A stretch of 64,000 nt of DNA. It comes from Cenococcum geophilum (Eukaryota). The stretch is taken from contig CP158635.1 in NCBI GenBank assembly GCA_050273025.1, positions 24,614,001 through 24,678,000 on the forward strand. The letters run 5' to 3'. Below are positions 11,570-22,859 of the stretch, piece after piece (positions within the stretch are counted from its first letter, which is position 1; each line of letters opens with the position of its first letter). The notes under the pieces were generated by a model. That model was not told where the DNA came from. It searched no databases and was given only the letters and a program-made list of their open reading frames with translations. The translations under genes were made by a program, and so were the position numbers.

Positions 11570-13672
11570 CTCCCTACTTTAGTGTAGCAATGGAGCCTCC
11601 TCCCCGGCCAACGCCCTCTCTGCGATCGACGTTTTCTACGTCTTCGCCCACCTCCCGTGCGACCCGTAGTAGAGTTACAGTGACGCCTGCGACGCTAGTG
11701 CCAGGTCTAGGGCCAGTTGAAGGCCTCTTAGCTCTCCGGCGTATATGCTGCTGACTTGGTTTGTCCCCATGTAATTGGTTACCTCCATTCCTGATTGAGG
11801 TATGCATGCTGACGCTCCGACCTCCCCGTTGATTTCGCTTTAGTCAGTGCACGCTAGGAAGTGTCTTGGGTCGTCTTTGGTTTCCTGTGCGATCTGGTCG
11901 TGCTCCTGCTTTGCTATTTCTTTATTCCTGGTGACGTAGGTTTGTGGTGGTTTGACCCAGGGGCAGAGCCTCTCTGGCAGATCTCTTTTATGGGTAGCGT
12001 TCCCTCAGGGAGGCGTAGCATGGCATTGTTTTCCAGTTTCTGGAGAGGGCTATACCATTGATACTTGGTTGGGGCAGATCTTCTTAGTTGTAGGATCTTA
12101 TGGTACAGCGGTGAGCCTCTGATGCGATTTAGGGAGGACTCTACTGCGCGGTAAAGCGCTACTTTGATAGGTGGGATGTGCATGTCGACTTCTAATTCGG
12201 CTCTGGCTGTGGTCCGAAATGCTCCCGTTACAAGGCAGAGCACTCTGTGTTGGACCCTTGCAAGAACCCGGTGGACTCGTTTAGCTCTTTTAATAAACCC
12301 ACGTCCTCCTTCCGGTATGTACCAGCAGGAGGCTGCGTATAGCATGCGTGGTACGACTGTGGCAGTATACAGCTGTCTCATATGTCTAGCTGTGATGCCC
12401 CACGTGGTTGCTGGTTTGCCCACTTTTCCGCCCTTTTGTGCAGCATCGCCAGCGTCTTTGTTATTTCTTCAGTAGTTCTTCCGTTTACCATAATGCTTGT
12501 GTCGTCGATATAGCCTATAACGAGTCCGTGTCTGAGCCCGTCTTCGTCCATAGCTATATCTAGGAGGTCGGCGTTATAGAATAGGTAGAGGATTGGCGAT
12601 ATTGGTGTGGGGGACCTTTCTGATGTGCCTTCTAGTAGCTTGATGCAGGTAGACCTTCCTGTGAGAAAGCTGTTGATCCAGTTGACCATTGGGGTGGGTA
12701 TTCTTCGTTTCCGGAGGTAGTGGATAAGCCTGCGGTGTGATACGTTGTCAAAGGCTCCGCTTACGTCGAGTATAAGTAGGCTTACTACGTCTTCTTCTCC
12801 CGTTTGCCACGACGCGTGTACCTTCTCCAGGAGGAGGTGCACCGCGTGTTCGCAACCAGCTGCTGCTCTTCCACCTGTGTGGGTGCGTGGTAGGAAGCCA
12901 TAAGCGTCCGCTATGAAGAGCAGTCGTTTTGCAAGCACTTTGTCCATTACTTTACCTACTGTATTTAGTAAGGCGGTTAGTCTGTGCATCTTAGGGTCTC
13001 TAAAGTCCCCTTTCTTTGGTTTTCGGAGTGCTACCGTGATGGATCTTCTGAAGTGTGCTGGGCAGTACCCTGCTGTTAAGCAGTGGTTGAAAAGTCGGGT
13101 GAGTGGTTCTTTTAGTTCCTGTATGGCCTTATGGAGTACACGGCTTGGGAGTTGATCCTCTCCTGGCGCCTTGTCTGGACTAGTTGTTCTAATAGCGTTT
13201 TCTACCTCCCATGTTGTAATTTCCGGGATCTATATTGGGTTTGGGTACTGATACTCGTGTATATCTTTTAGATCTGCTGCAGGTGGCGTGGGAAAGAAGG
13301 AGCCCTTTAGGGCTGCCGTCTTTTCTTCTACGGTACGTTGTGGGGTACCTGTTGCATCTCTGATATCTGGTGTGAATGTGGTCCTTGTGATATTCCTCTT
13401 CTTAGCCCAGGCGTGTAGGGACCATAATCCCTTCATGTCCTTGGCCTCACTGACTCTGTCTCTGTGTTCCGTTCTTGTAGCCTTTTTGATAGCTTTAGTC
13501 TTTTCTCTCCTTGCTATCTGTAATGTGGTGTGGTTCTCTTCTGTTGAGAACCTATCATAGTACCTCCGTGCTCGTCTCTCTGCTTTAATTGCTTCGGTAC
13601 ATTCTTCTGACCATCCTGGTTTGGATCTCGGGCTGATTTTGGCCATTGGCGTAGACAGTTCCACGGCCTTCG
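11570..13672 (-). mobile_element. 5'-truncated, internally deleted Tad1-like LINE (reverse transcriptase relic), not RIP-mutated
   Basis: Fragments SKPGWSEEC, KAPGEDQLP, ALLNTVGKVMDK, LILDVSGAFDNVSHRRL, SPILYLFYNADL, GYIDDT and WGIT..MRQLYTATVVPRMLYAASCW lie across frameshifted ORFs. The G.PQGS motif and the thumb region are deleted. The 3' boundary is approximate. Confidence 0.9.
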
Positions 13673-13993
13673 GTGGGGTGCGATGCGGCTCTTTCGCGTC
13701 CTAAGCGAGTTAACGATATTATTGAAATGGCTGTAACCGAGAGTGGTACTTCCGTTTACGAAACGAAATACCGCCGCTGCGAATTATTGGAAGGCCGGCT
13801 TCGAAAAGACCCACAATGCGCCAGCATCGTAGCATCTGCCTCGCCGCCTTCCTCTCAAGAAAAGGATATGCACCACCAAACTCTCGAAGCGGCCTCGAAT
13901 AAACGATGCAACATCACAGCAAAGGCACCGCTTCAGCTCAATGAAATTCGCGGGGGTAGTAGATTTTTCGGGAGTGTCCGTTCCCAGAGCGAA

Positions 13994-15988
13994 TTACTCG
14001 ACCTTAACCATCCCGAATCTCAAGTCGCTGCGACCCAACGCTTGCCCAATCATGAATCCATGCACATACGCTCCACCAACGAGTCGGTACCGCTGACTGT
14101 TATGGCTCTGTCGCCTAAGAACCAATGGAACGCGTGATCCGGGAACGACCCAGACAGAGTCGCCAGCTCTGAGGGACTGCGTGCCGAGACCAAAGAAGCC
14201 TTGCCGCGTTCGAAAAGGGCGGAGAAACCTGGTGTGAGAGTAATGAAGATCGTACGACGAAGCGCTATGTTTCAGAATGTCGAAGAAATCTGCATCTCTG
14301 CTCGATTTCTCAATGCAGTTGCGGATGTCGGCAATCGATGGCAAAATGCCATTCGGAGTCGAAAGACCCGAAACGGGGTCGGATGCAAGAAATGCTGTTT
14401 GCTGACTGCGGCTCATCTCCTGGAAGGCCACTGTATATCTCCAAAGCACCCAGTCGTGGAATGCCCGCTCGAGGCTAGCAAAAGCTGGATACTGGATACG
14501 CTGGACAGGTTGTGCACCTGACCTGTTGGTTATCAGCGTCCTCCAGAGTACCTCTTCGCGGCTTTGTTCGGTGAAGTACACGGGATCAAGAGTAGAGAGC
14601 ACTTGGTATAGCTTTAAAGGTCTCGCACACTGTCGAATTTCCTCTTTTGTCTCGCAGATTTCGGTGGTTTTATCTAGCTCCGCGGCTTCGATAAGCAATA
14701 TCGGGTGATCCGCTTCCCCGTACACTGCGAACTTTCGAGGACGATCACCAGCAGCTGAAAAGTGCGAGTATCCAGTGACCCCGAGCCCCAAGGATTTTGT
14801 GACGCTCCAGTCCGGCACCCAAGACGGTAGTCCGGGTATCTCTTGGAAATCCTCCCCCTCCACGCATGTAAGCAGGAGAAGGTTATCGGTGTGATCTAAG
14901 ATGTACCTGGCGGCGGTAATGTATACTTCTGCTATTGAGCTATTGTATCGTGGAAAGATACTTGCATTTCCTAGCTGCAGCTGTGAGTAAACCTTATCTC
15001 TTGGATCCTGGCACTGCGATGAACGTGATCGGATGAGAGCATAGAGCAGCCCGTCATTCAAAGGTGATGCCCAGGCCCTTTTCATAGCAGCTAGTCTCGC
15101 TGGAATGCTATGCCACGAAGAAACGCCCCTTCCGACAACACCAGAAACTTCAGGGCTGCTGAGATAGTTCTTCCAACTCGATGTTGCAAGGAAATCTGAC
15201 ACAGTGGTCATACTGTCCCATGGTAAGGAATGGCTGCCGCATAACAAGCTTGCTTCCTTTGCGAATATAACTTCTTGGATGATCCAGGCTCTTTGGAACC
15301 ATGTCCTTCGAAACAGACGAGCCAGTGCTGTCCAATGTTCCAAGTCTTCGAGTATATTGGGGGATTTGGCGAATACATTGCGTGGGTGCAGATCTCTCCG
15401 CTTCTGCTGAGACAAAGCTGCAAGCGCTTCAAGGAGCGCAAACGCGGGAGAAGTCGATTCGTCTTCTTCTCCGAGCCATATGATGACGCCTGTTGCAGCT
15501 TGGTAAATCTCAGCCATGAGATTGACCTGTTGGCTTCGTTCTGAATAATCATCTTGATTGATATATATTGCATCGGTCCAGATATAGCCTTGGCTTTGGG
15601 GTTTTTGACTATGTGAGTAGCGGTGGAGGAAGTCGCGGAGGTTTTTAGTAACCATGAGGTCCTTTCCATTGCAGAGAATGCGGCAATTTCGTCTATCTGT
15701 AGTGCTCATCACAGAATGCGCGGTCCCTTTGAGTTCAGTATCTTCCGATGTGCCCGTCCTTTTTTCCGCCTCCGTCTCTTTCTTCATCCCATTCGTGCTA
15801 TCAGCATCAGTCCAAGGAGATCCCCATGTATACGACGCAGCAACGAAAGCAGGTTTATCCTTCGTGTTCGTCAATCGAACTACGTCCAATCTGCAACTAA
15901 TTGTCTCCGTTACGTCTGATTTTAGTTGCATACGTAGCAGCCGCACATGCGCATCCTTCAGGGTAGGAAGCGCGTCGTATATGTCCAT
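13994..15988 (-). CDS. Heterokaryon incompatibility (HET domain, HET-6-like) protein, 664 aa
   Basis: Intact intronless ORF with HET motifs SYTWG, IWTDAIYINQDD..ERSQQV.LM.EIY..A..VIIWLG and WFQRAWIIQEV. Then C.DPRDKVY, LPSWVPDW and the HET-6-type C-terminus GD.VWVVPGSRVPLVLR...YRLVG.AYVHGFM.G. Confidence 0.95.
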   Translation of the reverse strand: MDIYDALPTLKDAHVRLLRMQLKSDVTETISCRLDVVRLTNTKDKPAFVAASYTWGSPWTDADSTNGMKKETEAEKRTGTSEDTELKGTAHSVMSTTDRRNCRILCNGKDLMVTKNLRDFLHRYSHSQKPQSQGYIWTDAIYINQDDYSERSQQVNLMAEIYQAATGVIIWLGEEDESTSPAFALLEALAALSQQKRRDLHPRNVFAKSPNILEDLEHWTALARLFRRTWFQRAWIIQEVIFAKEASLLCGSHSLPWDSMTTVSDFLATSSWKNYLSSPEVSGVVGRGVSSWHSIPARLAAMKRAWASPLNDGLLYALIRSRSSQCQDPRDKVYSQLQLGNASIFPRYNSSIAEVYITAARYILDHTDNLLLLTCVEGEDFQEIPGLPSWVPDWSVTKSLGLGVTGYSHFSAAGDRPRKFAVYGEADHPILLIEAAELDKTTEICETKEEIRQCARPLKLYQVLSTLDPVYFTEQSREEVLWRTLITNRSGAQPVQRIQYPAFASLERAFHDWVLWRYTVAFQEMSRSQQTAFLASDPVSGLSTPNGILPSIADIRNCIEKSSRDADFFDILKHSASSYDLHYSHTRFLRPFRTRQGFFGLGTQSLRAGDSVWVVPGSRVPLVLRRQSHNSQRYRLVGGAYVHGFMIGQALGRSDLRFGMVKVE

Positions 15989-16145
15989 TACAAGATAGCC
16001 AGGTCCAGAGACTGGATCCTACAGAATCGAGAGTGTGTTTCCCGCCTACTCAGAGTGGTAGGTATTCCTCAAGCTTATCAACCCTCGAGACTCAAAAAAT
16101 GAACAATAAGGAGTGCTTTAGGAATCCGAATATCATGGGGTGATA

Positions 16146-17000
16146 CTGTTGGTTGCAAAATATCGGGAACTCGCTTAGAGCGACGACGTCGCGCATCTAC
16201 CCTACCATCAAAACAATATACCCCCTATAGCCCTACCAATATGGCTCCAATTTATATAAATAAAGGCTTATTTTATAACTTTACTTTAAGGCTATAAAAT
16301 AAGGTTTTATTTATATAATTTGAAGCCAAATTGGTAGAGCTATAAGGGGTGCTTATTTTTGGGGGGAGAGGGGCCAGATTAGTCAGCGCAGAGCCTCAAT
16401 TTAAGTTTTACGGCCACCCCCTATAGCCCCACTAATATAGCTCTATATTTAATAAATAAAGACCTATTTTATAGCCCTAGAATAGAGCTATAAAATGGGC
16501 CTCTATATATAAAAATTGGATTAATATTAGTGGAATTATATAGGGTAATATATTGCTGCGGCTTGGCGATTTTTACCAATATTTCCAAAACGGCAGTATA
16601 CCCCCTATAGCACCACCAATACAGCTCTATATTTAATAAATAAAGACCTATTTTATAGCCTTAGAATAGGGCTATAAAATAGGCCTCCATTTATAAAATA
16701 TAGAGCTATATTAGTGGGGCTATAGGGGGTAGCCGTAAAACTTAAATTGAGGCTCTGCGCTGACTAATCTAGCCCCTCTCCCTCTAAAAATAAGCACCCC
16801 TTATAGCTCTACCAATTTGGCTTCAAATTATATAAATAAAACCTTATTTTATAGCCTTAAAGTAAAGTTATAAAATAAGCCCTTATTTATATAAATTAGA
16901 GCTATATTGGTAGGGCTATAGGGGGTATATTGTTTTGATGGTAGGGTAGATGCGCGACGTCGTCACTCTAAGCGAGTTCCCGATATTTTGCAACCAACAG
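16146..17000. mobile_element. Fold-back MITE, 855 bp, TA TSD
   Basis: CTGTTGGTTGCAAAATATCGGG...CCCGATATTTTGCAACCAACAG flanked by TA. Inverted arms exceed 300 bp, and there are four internal ~130-bp self-palindromic units (CCCCTATAG...CTATAGGGG). Confidence 0.9.
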
Positions 17001-17644
17001 TACTTAAAAGTGAAGAGAAACATAGCTGGTTGCAGCTGACTTCGCTGTTCAGCTCCTCCCAACGAGGCTGAATGCACCTCTAAAACGCAACCCTTTCCCC
17101 CGCTTTTGTACAGCGTTCGTGAACACGTGCCACGAAAACCGACCACATCGGTCCTTGTCTCAGCATGCTTAGACCACATGGGACGCCGGATAAATCCAGC
17201 CCGATGGCACTAAACCAGTTTAGGCCATCTGTCCCTATGTGGTCTGAGACACTTTAGCAGACGTTTATAAAGCACGTCGCGATATCCGCATGGCTAATAT
17301 TACGGATATTCACTTCTTATTCTTATAACAAGTTTAGGCAGCTTAAAAAATCCATTAATTATACACTAGGCTCCGGCAAATTAAATAGTCTATATAAAAA
17401 GTCTCCCCACCTTCCCATTTCTAACATTAATTTTAAAATAGCCGTAACGCGGTTTACTAAAGTAAATAATTAGCAATATCCGCACTAATAACGCATTAAT
17501 CTTAACCACCTACTCTCTATCCATTATATCCATAATTTAATAATTAAAACCCATTAAGATCTATCTATTATAACGTATTTAAGTCCTCCCTACCTTTATC
17601 CAACCCTTTATTCTCCCTCTGCTGCTTTTAAGCGCTATTTATTA

Positions 17645-20190
17645 ATGCCTCTATTAAAGTAAATAAGGTAAAGAGGTTATAAACTATAAGCTAGTTAAGC
17701 AGATTAATAAGCTAGCAGTACGCAATAGGCTAGGGATTATATTAAAATAGATCCCTAGCGGTTTCCACGGCTATATAGCCTATAGAGGAAGCTACCCTAG
17801 CTTATAAGCAGCTCTTATAAACTTTAAATAAGCAAGCTAAATAAAGCTATTATAAAAATATATCCGTACCACGGTTATACGGAGCAGCTTAAGGCCCTAA
17901 GGGTACTAATATTTAAGCGGCAAGATCTTATACTTATAGTAAAGACGTCTTTTAGTAAGAGTATAATAATATAAGCACTACTATATCTTATACCTAATGC
18001 AGTTATTATTATTATTCTTCTACTTAACACAATTAGGTTAAAGTAAGTAAAAAAGATTATAAAGCTACCTTATATTCGACCTATTTATATATAGGAGAAA
18101 ACAATATCCGCTAAGCTAATTAAGGATATCCGCATAGGCAGCTATATACATATCCTTATCTCCCTAGAGCTTTTAGTTAGTAATAAGCTATATAAGGTTC
18201 TAATAGACCCAATATTTCGTTCCTATATTACCCTTATAGTGGTTAATAAAGTACACCTACTTACTAATTAGGGAGAGACCTTCCGTATAGCGTATATATA
18301 ACTCTTTAAAGTATATTTAGTCTTAATTAATAAGCCTTAGTTTATATATACCGCAATACTAGACCTATCTACGTTTTAGACTATATATAAGCTAGCTAGG
18401 TTTAAACCTAATATACAAGTTATTAAAACCCTAATTAATTGGCCGGAGCTAAAGATTATATAAAGGGTTATAACCGCGCTAGAGAAGAAGGACTTTCGAG
18501 CTCTTTACTTTACTATTACTGCTACTCTAGTGTATTCATATACTGCTAGTAATAGTAACTAAGGAAAAGGCAAGCAATTAAGAAGCCGCTTAATATCCGC
18601 ATAATAAACATACCGCTAATAGTTTAATTAACTTTAGCTAATTCTAAAGACGATCATCTTTTTTAATTCTAAGGAGTGGATAGCTGCCTATCGTAATATT
18701 ATTCGCAGCTAGTTAATCTATTATAGCTATAATGCTACTATTACTAAAGAAGCGGTATAGAGCTACTATATAACGCTTATAGATATTAATAAAGACCGCT
18801 TATACGCCAAATACGCGCGCCCAACGTCTTAAATTTAAATTTTTATTATATTAAATACAGTAGTATATGGTGCAGATGTCCCAAATATCTACCATTCAAT
18901 CTAATATGGAATGCCTCGCCATAAATCCTATAATATACTAGTATAGCGGTTTAGCCGGGTAGGCCAAGGAAAAGGCCTTTTAGGCGAAGCAATCTTTATA
19001 GTTAAGAGCCGCTAGCGGGGTCCTTATAATAAATTAGGTGGTTCTAAGCATACACAACCTTAGTATATAGGCGATCTTCGCGTAAGCGCGCTACGTAATA
19101 ATATCCGCAGGCGACAAAACATAGAGACTGCGAATATTACGGGCGATGCTTTATCTATAGCGTTAGTTAGTACTAAGCAGTTAGTAGATATAAGAAGCGG
19201 GTATAGGTTAAGCCCTAGTAGTTCTATAGTACGCCTACCTAAAGAGCTTATTATACTAACCCTACGCCTAAAGAAGTGGTTAACTAATGCGTAGTTATAT
19301 AGTAAACTGCCGTTTACCCTATAGCGGCTAGTTAATAAGGATTAGGTATACTTATGAGTAATATAACTTATATACTATAAAGACCCACAGTCTACTATTA
19401 GTAAAGACTTATATTATAGTAACTGTAACTTAGCAATATTTATAGATTGCGAGTACAATATCCGTACTAGCCATAGTATAAATATTGCAAAAACCCGCCG
19501 GGAGCCTATATTAAGCAATATATAGAAGTGGTTTACGTAATAGGCGGAGGCTAGGTATTAGAATACATTATAAACGCCTATAGTTAATTATATTATACTA
19601 AATAAGCAGCTTTGTTGCCTTTATAATATAGGGTAAGTTCTAGATACAGCATTATTAAGGTAAGCAATACCTAAGTAGGATCCTAATATCCTTGGTAAGG
19701 AGCTTCCGTCCCTTATTAAGCTTTTAGTAAATAAGGAACAAAAATAGAAATAAAAAGAAATAGGGCAACTCTTAGGTTCTTCTAGGTTAATTATATAGAT
19801 ATTAGAGCGGTTTTCCTAAGCGTTAAAGTAGCACGCTACTATAAATAAGCGCTTATTATAGGCTCTTATACAGGCTTCGTAGGTTTTAAATAGAAGATTT
19901 AAAATATCAGCACTATAGCAATTAGCGTCTTACTATAGCGCTAATATATTATAGGCTAGTTAACAGTTAGCTATAAACCTCTTACTAATAACTTAGGAAG
20001 AGGATATACCTATACCTTCGCTAACTCTTAAGTCTCTAGCTCCTACTCCTCCATTATTACCCTTATACTAGCCATTAGATATATCTATGCCGCTAGCAAC
20101 CCGCTAGTTAGATATATCTTTATTAGTACCATAAAGGCAGTTAGTATAATTAAATAGAGGTAAATATATATAAAGAGCACTATAGAAAAT
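17645..20190 (+). pseudogene. RecQ-like SF2 helicase of the AcademH-like element (RIP-inactivated; ends approximate)
   Basis: Reads EQLKALRVLIFKRQDLILIVKTSFSKS (motif I, AKT.FGKS after reverting RIP), HILISLELL, LIVVNKVHLLTN*GETFRIAY (DEvH plus the RecQ-type WG..FR..Y loop), then GADVPNI and *RFSRVG (motifs V/VI). Confidence 0.85.
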
Positions 20191-21158
20191 TAACGGCAAC
20201 GCTAATTAGTATATAGCGGGCTAATATTAGGTAAGATTAGTTAATATTAGGCGAGGTTAGCTAATACTAGGTAAGTTTACCTTATATCCGCCAAGTAGAT
20301 ATTATAACCATAGTAGCTAATATCTATTAGGATGACGCCTCCCCTTTCCCTTATACCCTATACCCCTAATAAACACAGCCTAGGAACTAAATAGATTAAT
20401 TAATTAATAATATCAATTACTTAGGAATATATACTAGTGCTACTAACTATAGCGGATATTAAACGGTTATAGTAATAGCTTATAGCTAATATCTTATATT
20501 ACTTATTAAGCAATTTATACGCAGGTTAAAGCTAGGTTTAAGTAAAATTAGTAGGGAGTATAAAGCTATCTAGCTCATTATTATTATTATAGAGATTAAG
20601 CTTATTAAATATAGCGGAAAGATTACCGCCTAGCCATAAATTAAACTCGTTAAAGGCAGATTAATTAAGTTGTTTAATACCTAGTTATAGTAAAGGCGGC
20701 GCTTTTATCTTTACTCGCTATACCTAATAGCAGATAATAAAACCTTCGGCAATCGTATTAGTAAGCAATTAAATATCCGCTATAGGAGATTTAATAATAT
20801 ATTAAGTAGACATCTGTTTACTAAATATAATCTTAAACTTTACACGTAGTGGCCCTATATAATTAGTTATATAAATACTCTAGCGGAAGAGTAAGTCTAG
20901 GTTAAATATTAAATTGCTATAAGTATATATAAGCTGCTTCAGCTCCCCATTAAGTAGCTCGTTATTAAGATCTATTAAATAGTAACTATCCTATTCGCCA
21001 CAAATATTCACTAAACTATTTACTAGAATAGCTTACTAAAGCTTAGGGGAATAAGTATCTATTAAAGTTAACTAAAAGAAACGTAATATCTCTAATAGAT
21101 AGTTCTTATTTTAACTACCTACAAAATAGATATAAATGCGGGGGAGTACACGGCTCTA

Positions 21159-22622
21159 CGTAGCCGAAATAAGTATCGGTTTAGGGCACGTGCACGCCCC
21201 ACCCAAACAAAGCCCCTAAGCATGCCTCAATTATAATAAACCTCACGACACCACCATTTCGCACCCAAATTCGTTTGGTGTAATTACTAATTATGACCCA
21301 AGTTACTAAGGAGCCTGTATCCCGAAAGATGCGGGCTAAACACTTTACCCCACCCCTAGAATTATACCACAACGCTAGGGAAAATAAGCATCTAAAGACT
21401 CCTCCACGCATAGGAGTTCTCTACGCCAAAATCTTTGGCCAATTACTAGGCAAGGCTATTCCTCTAGCTATTATACAGCAGGCTACTAGAATTGCTGAGC
21501 GCTCTTAGCAATATATTATAGCCTTAAAGTAATATAGAACTATATATAATTCTAGGCTAGAAATAAGAGGAAGAAATTAAGCCCTTATAAAGGAAGACAC
21601 CTACGCTATTACCGTGTATTTAGATGACCCTAATCTTAATTAAGACTTAAAATTAGCCCTATAGCAGACTATTATTTAAAAGGCCCTAAATTATAAAGAT
21701 CTTCTAATGGTTCTAACTTGGAGAATAGGTTACTAACCTCTTAGAAATAAGCCAATTTAAAGAGCTATAAAAGAGAATAAAGGATATATTAATGCAAAGA
21801 TAGAGGAAGAGAAGTGGCTTAACCCAGAGCAGGCAGATAAAAGGAAGAATTGGTGCTATTTATAGCTAAAAAAAAGACCCCATCCCAAGGACTAGAATAA
21901 TATTGCTTTTTGTAATAAATATTACTTTAGTTTAGGTGCAGAAGAAACCCATAAAATTAAGAAAAGGAGTAGTAATCTTTACCGCTATTTACTACAGAAT
22001 GTTTATAGAAAGAAGGGAGTTACTAAAAAGGATAAAAAGGAGAAGGCCTAAGAGAAGAAGCATCTTAAACTATTTAATGTCTTTATTATTATTAGCAGGA
22101 CCTAGAAGAAGTTCTTCTTATATAAGGTAGATAACTAGGTAGATAAAATAAGCTTAAAAGCCTATACCAAGCAGGTGTTACCATGGCTTCTTTTAAAGTT
22201 TAATATTAAGGGAATTACTTTATATTAGGATGTAGATTTAGCGCATAAATTAAGGGAGTCTTTAGCCTAGGTAAAGGAATGGGACTTAAAGCTTTTAATA
22301 TTGCCTAGTTTATTACCAGATCTATTAATTATAGAGTCCTTAGCCCATCCTATTAAGAAGAAGTTCCATTTAAAGCGCGTAAAAGAGGAGGATATAGCAT
22401 TAGAGCGTTTTATAGATGTTTAGGAGAATTAAGTAGATCAGGAGAAGATTGTAGAGATGTACAGCTGGTATACGAAGCGCCTGCATGAGTGCATTAGGGC
22501 TGACGGGCAGATAACTCGATATTGAATTGATTTGGCTATATTATGGTGTTGTAAACGATGATCGTGAAGCATGATTTTGGTGGGTGCGCACGTGCCCCAA
22601 ACCGACACTTATTTCGGCTACG
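21159..22622 (+). mobile_element. Tc1/mariner DNA transposon, 1464 bp, RIP-degraded
   Basis: ~45-bp TIR CGTAGCCGAAATAAGT.TCGGTTT.GGGCACGTGC with TA TSD in the palindromic target GCTC-TA-GAGC. Transposase relic ~21293-22525 has NIAFCNKYYF, LY*DVDLAH, PSLLPDLLIIE and terminal ADGQITRY*. Confidence 0.9.
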
Positions 22623-22859
22623 TAGAGCACGGCTAAGTAGGCTAATATCCGCAAGCTTAATAGCGTGCTTAAAGACCTTATATGTCTCTACCAGTTATAA
22701 AAAGCGGACATATATTAGAAACTCTGCATTAGTAGGCTTAGAAAGTATTTATAAGGATATAGTACTACTAGCCTACTTAAGGTAACCCTTTTACCGTAGT
22801 TCTATAGGCTAGCTAGTATAGTTAGCCGCCTAAAAGACTTCCTAACTAAAAACCGCTAT

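Noticed and set aside
8431..15998. Plus-strand ORFs opposite the repeat-protein, LINE and HET sequences
   Set aside because: Antisense shadows of minus-strand coding regions.
17645..20190. Telomere-linked or host RecQ helicase
   Set aside because: No telomeric repeats nearby; the relic lies inside a TIR/TSD-bounded element with a convergent transposase-like gene.
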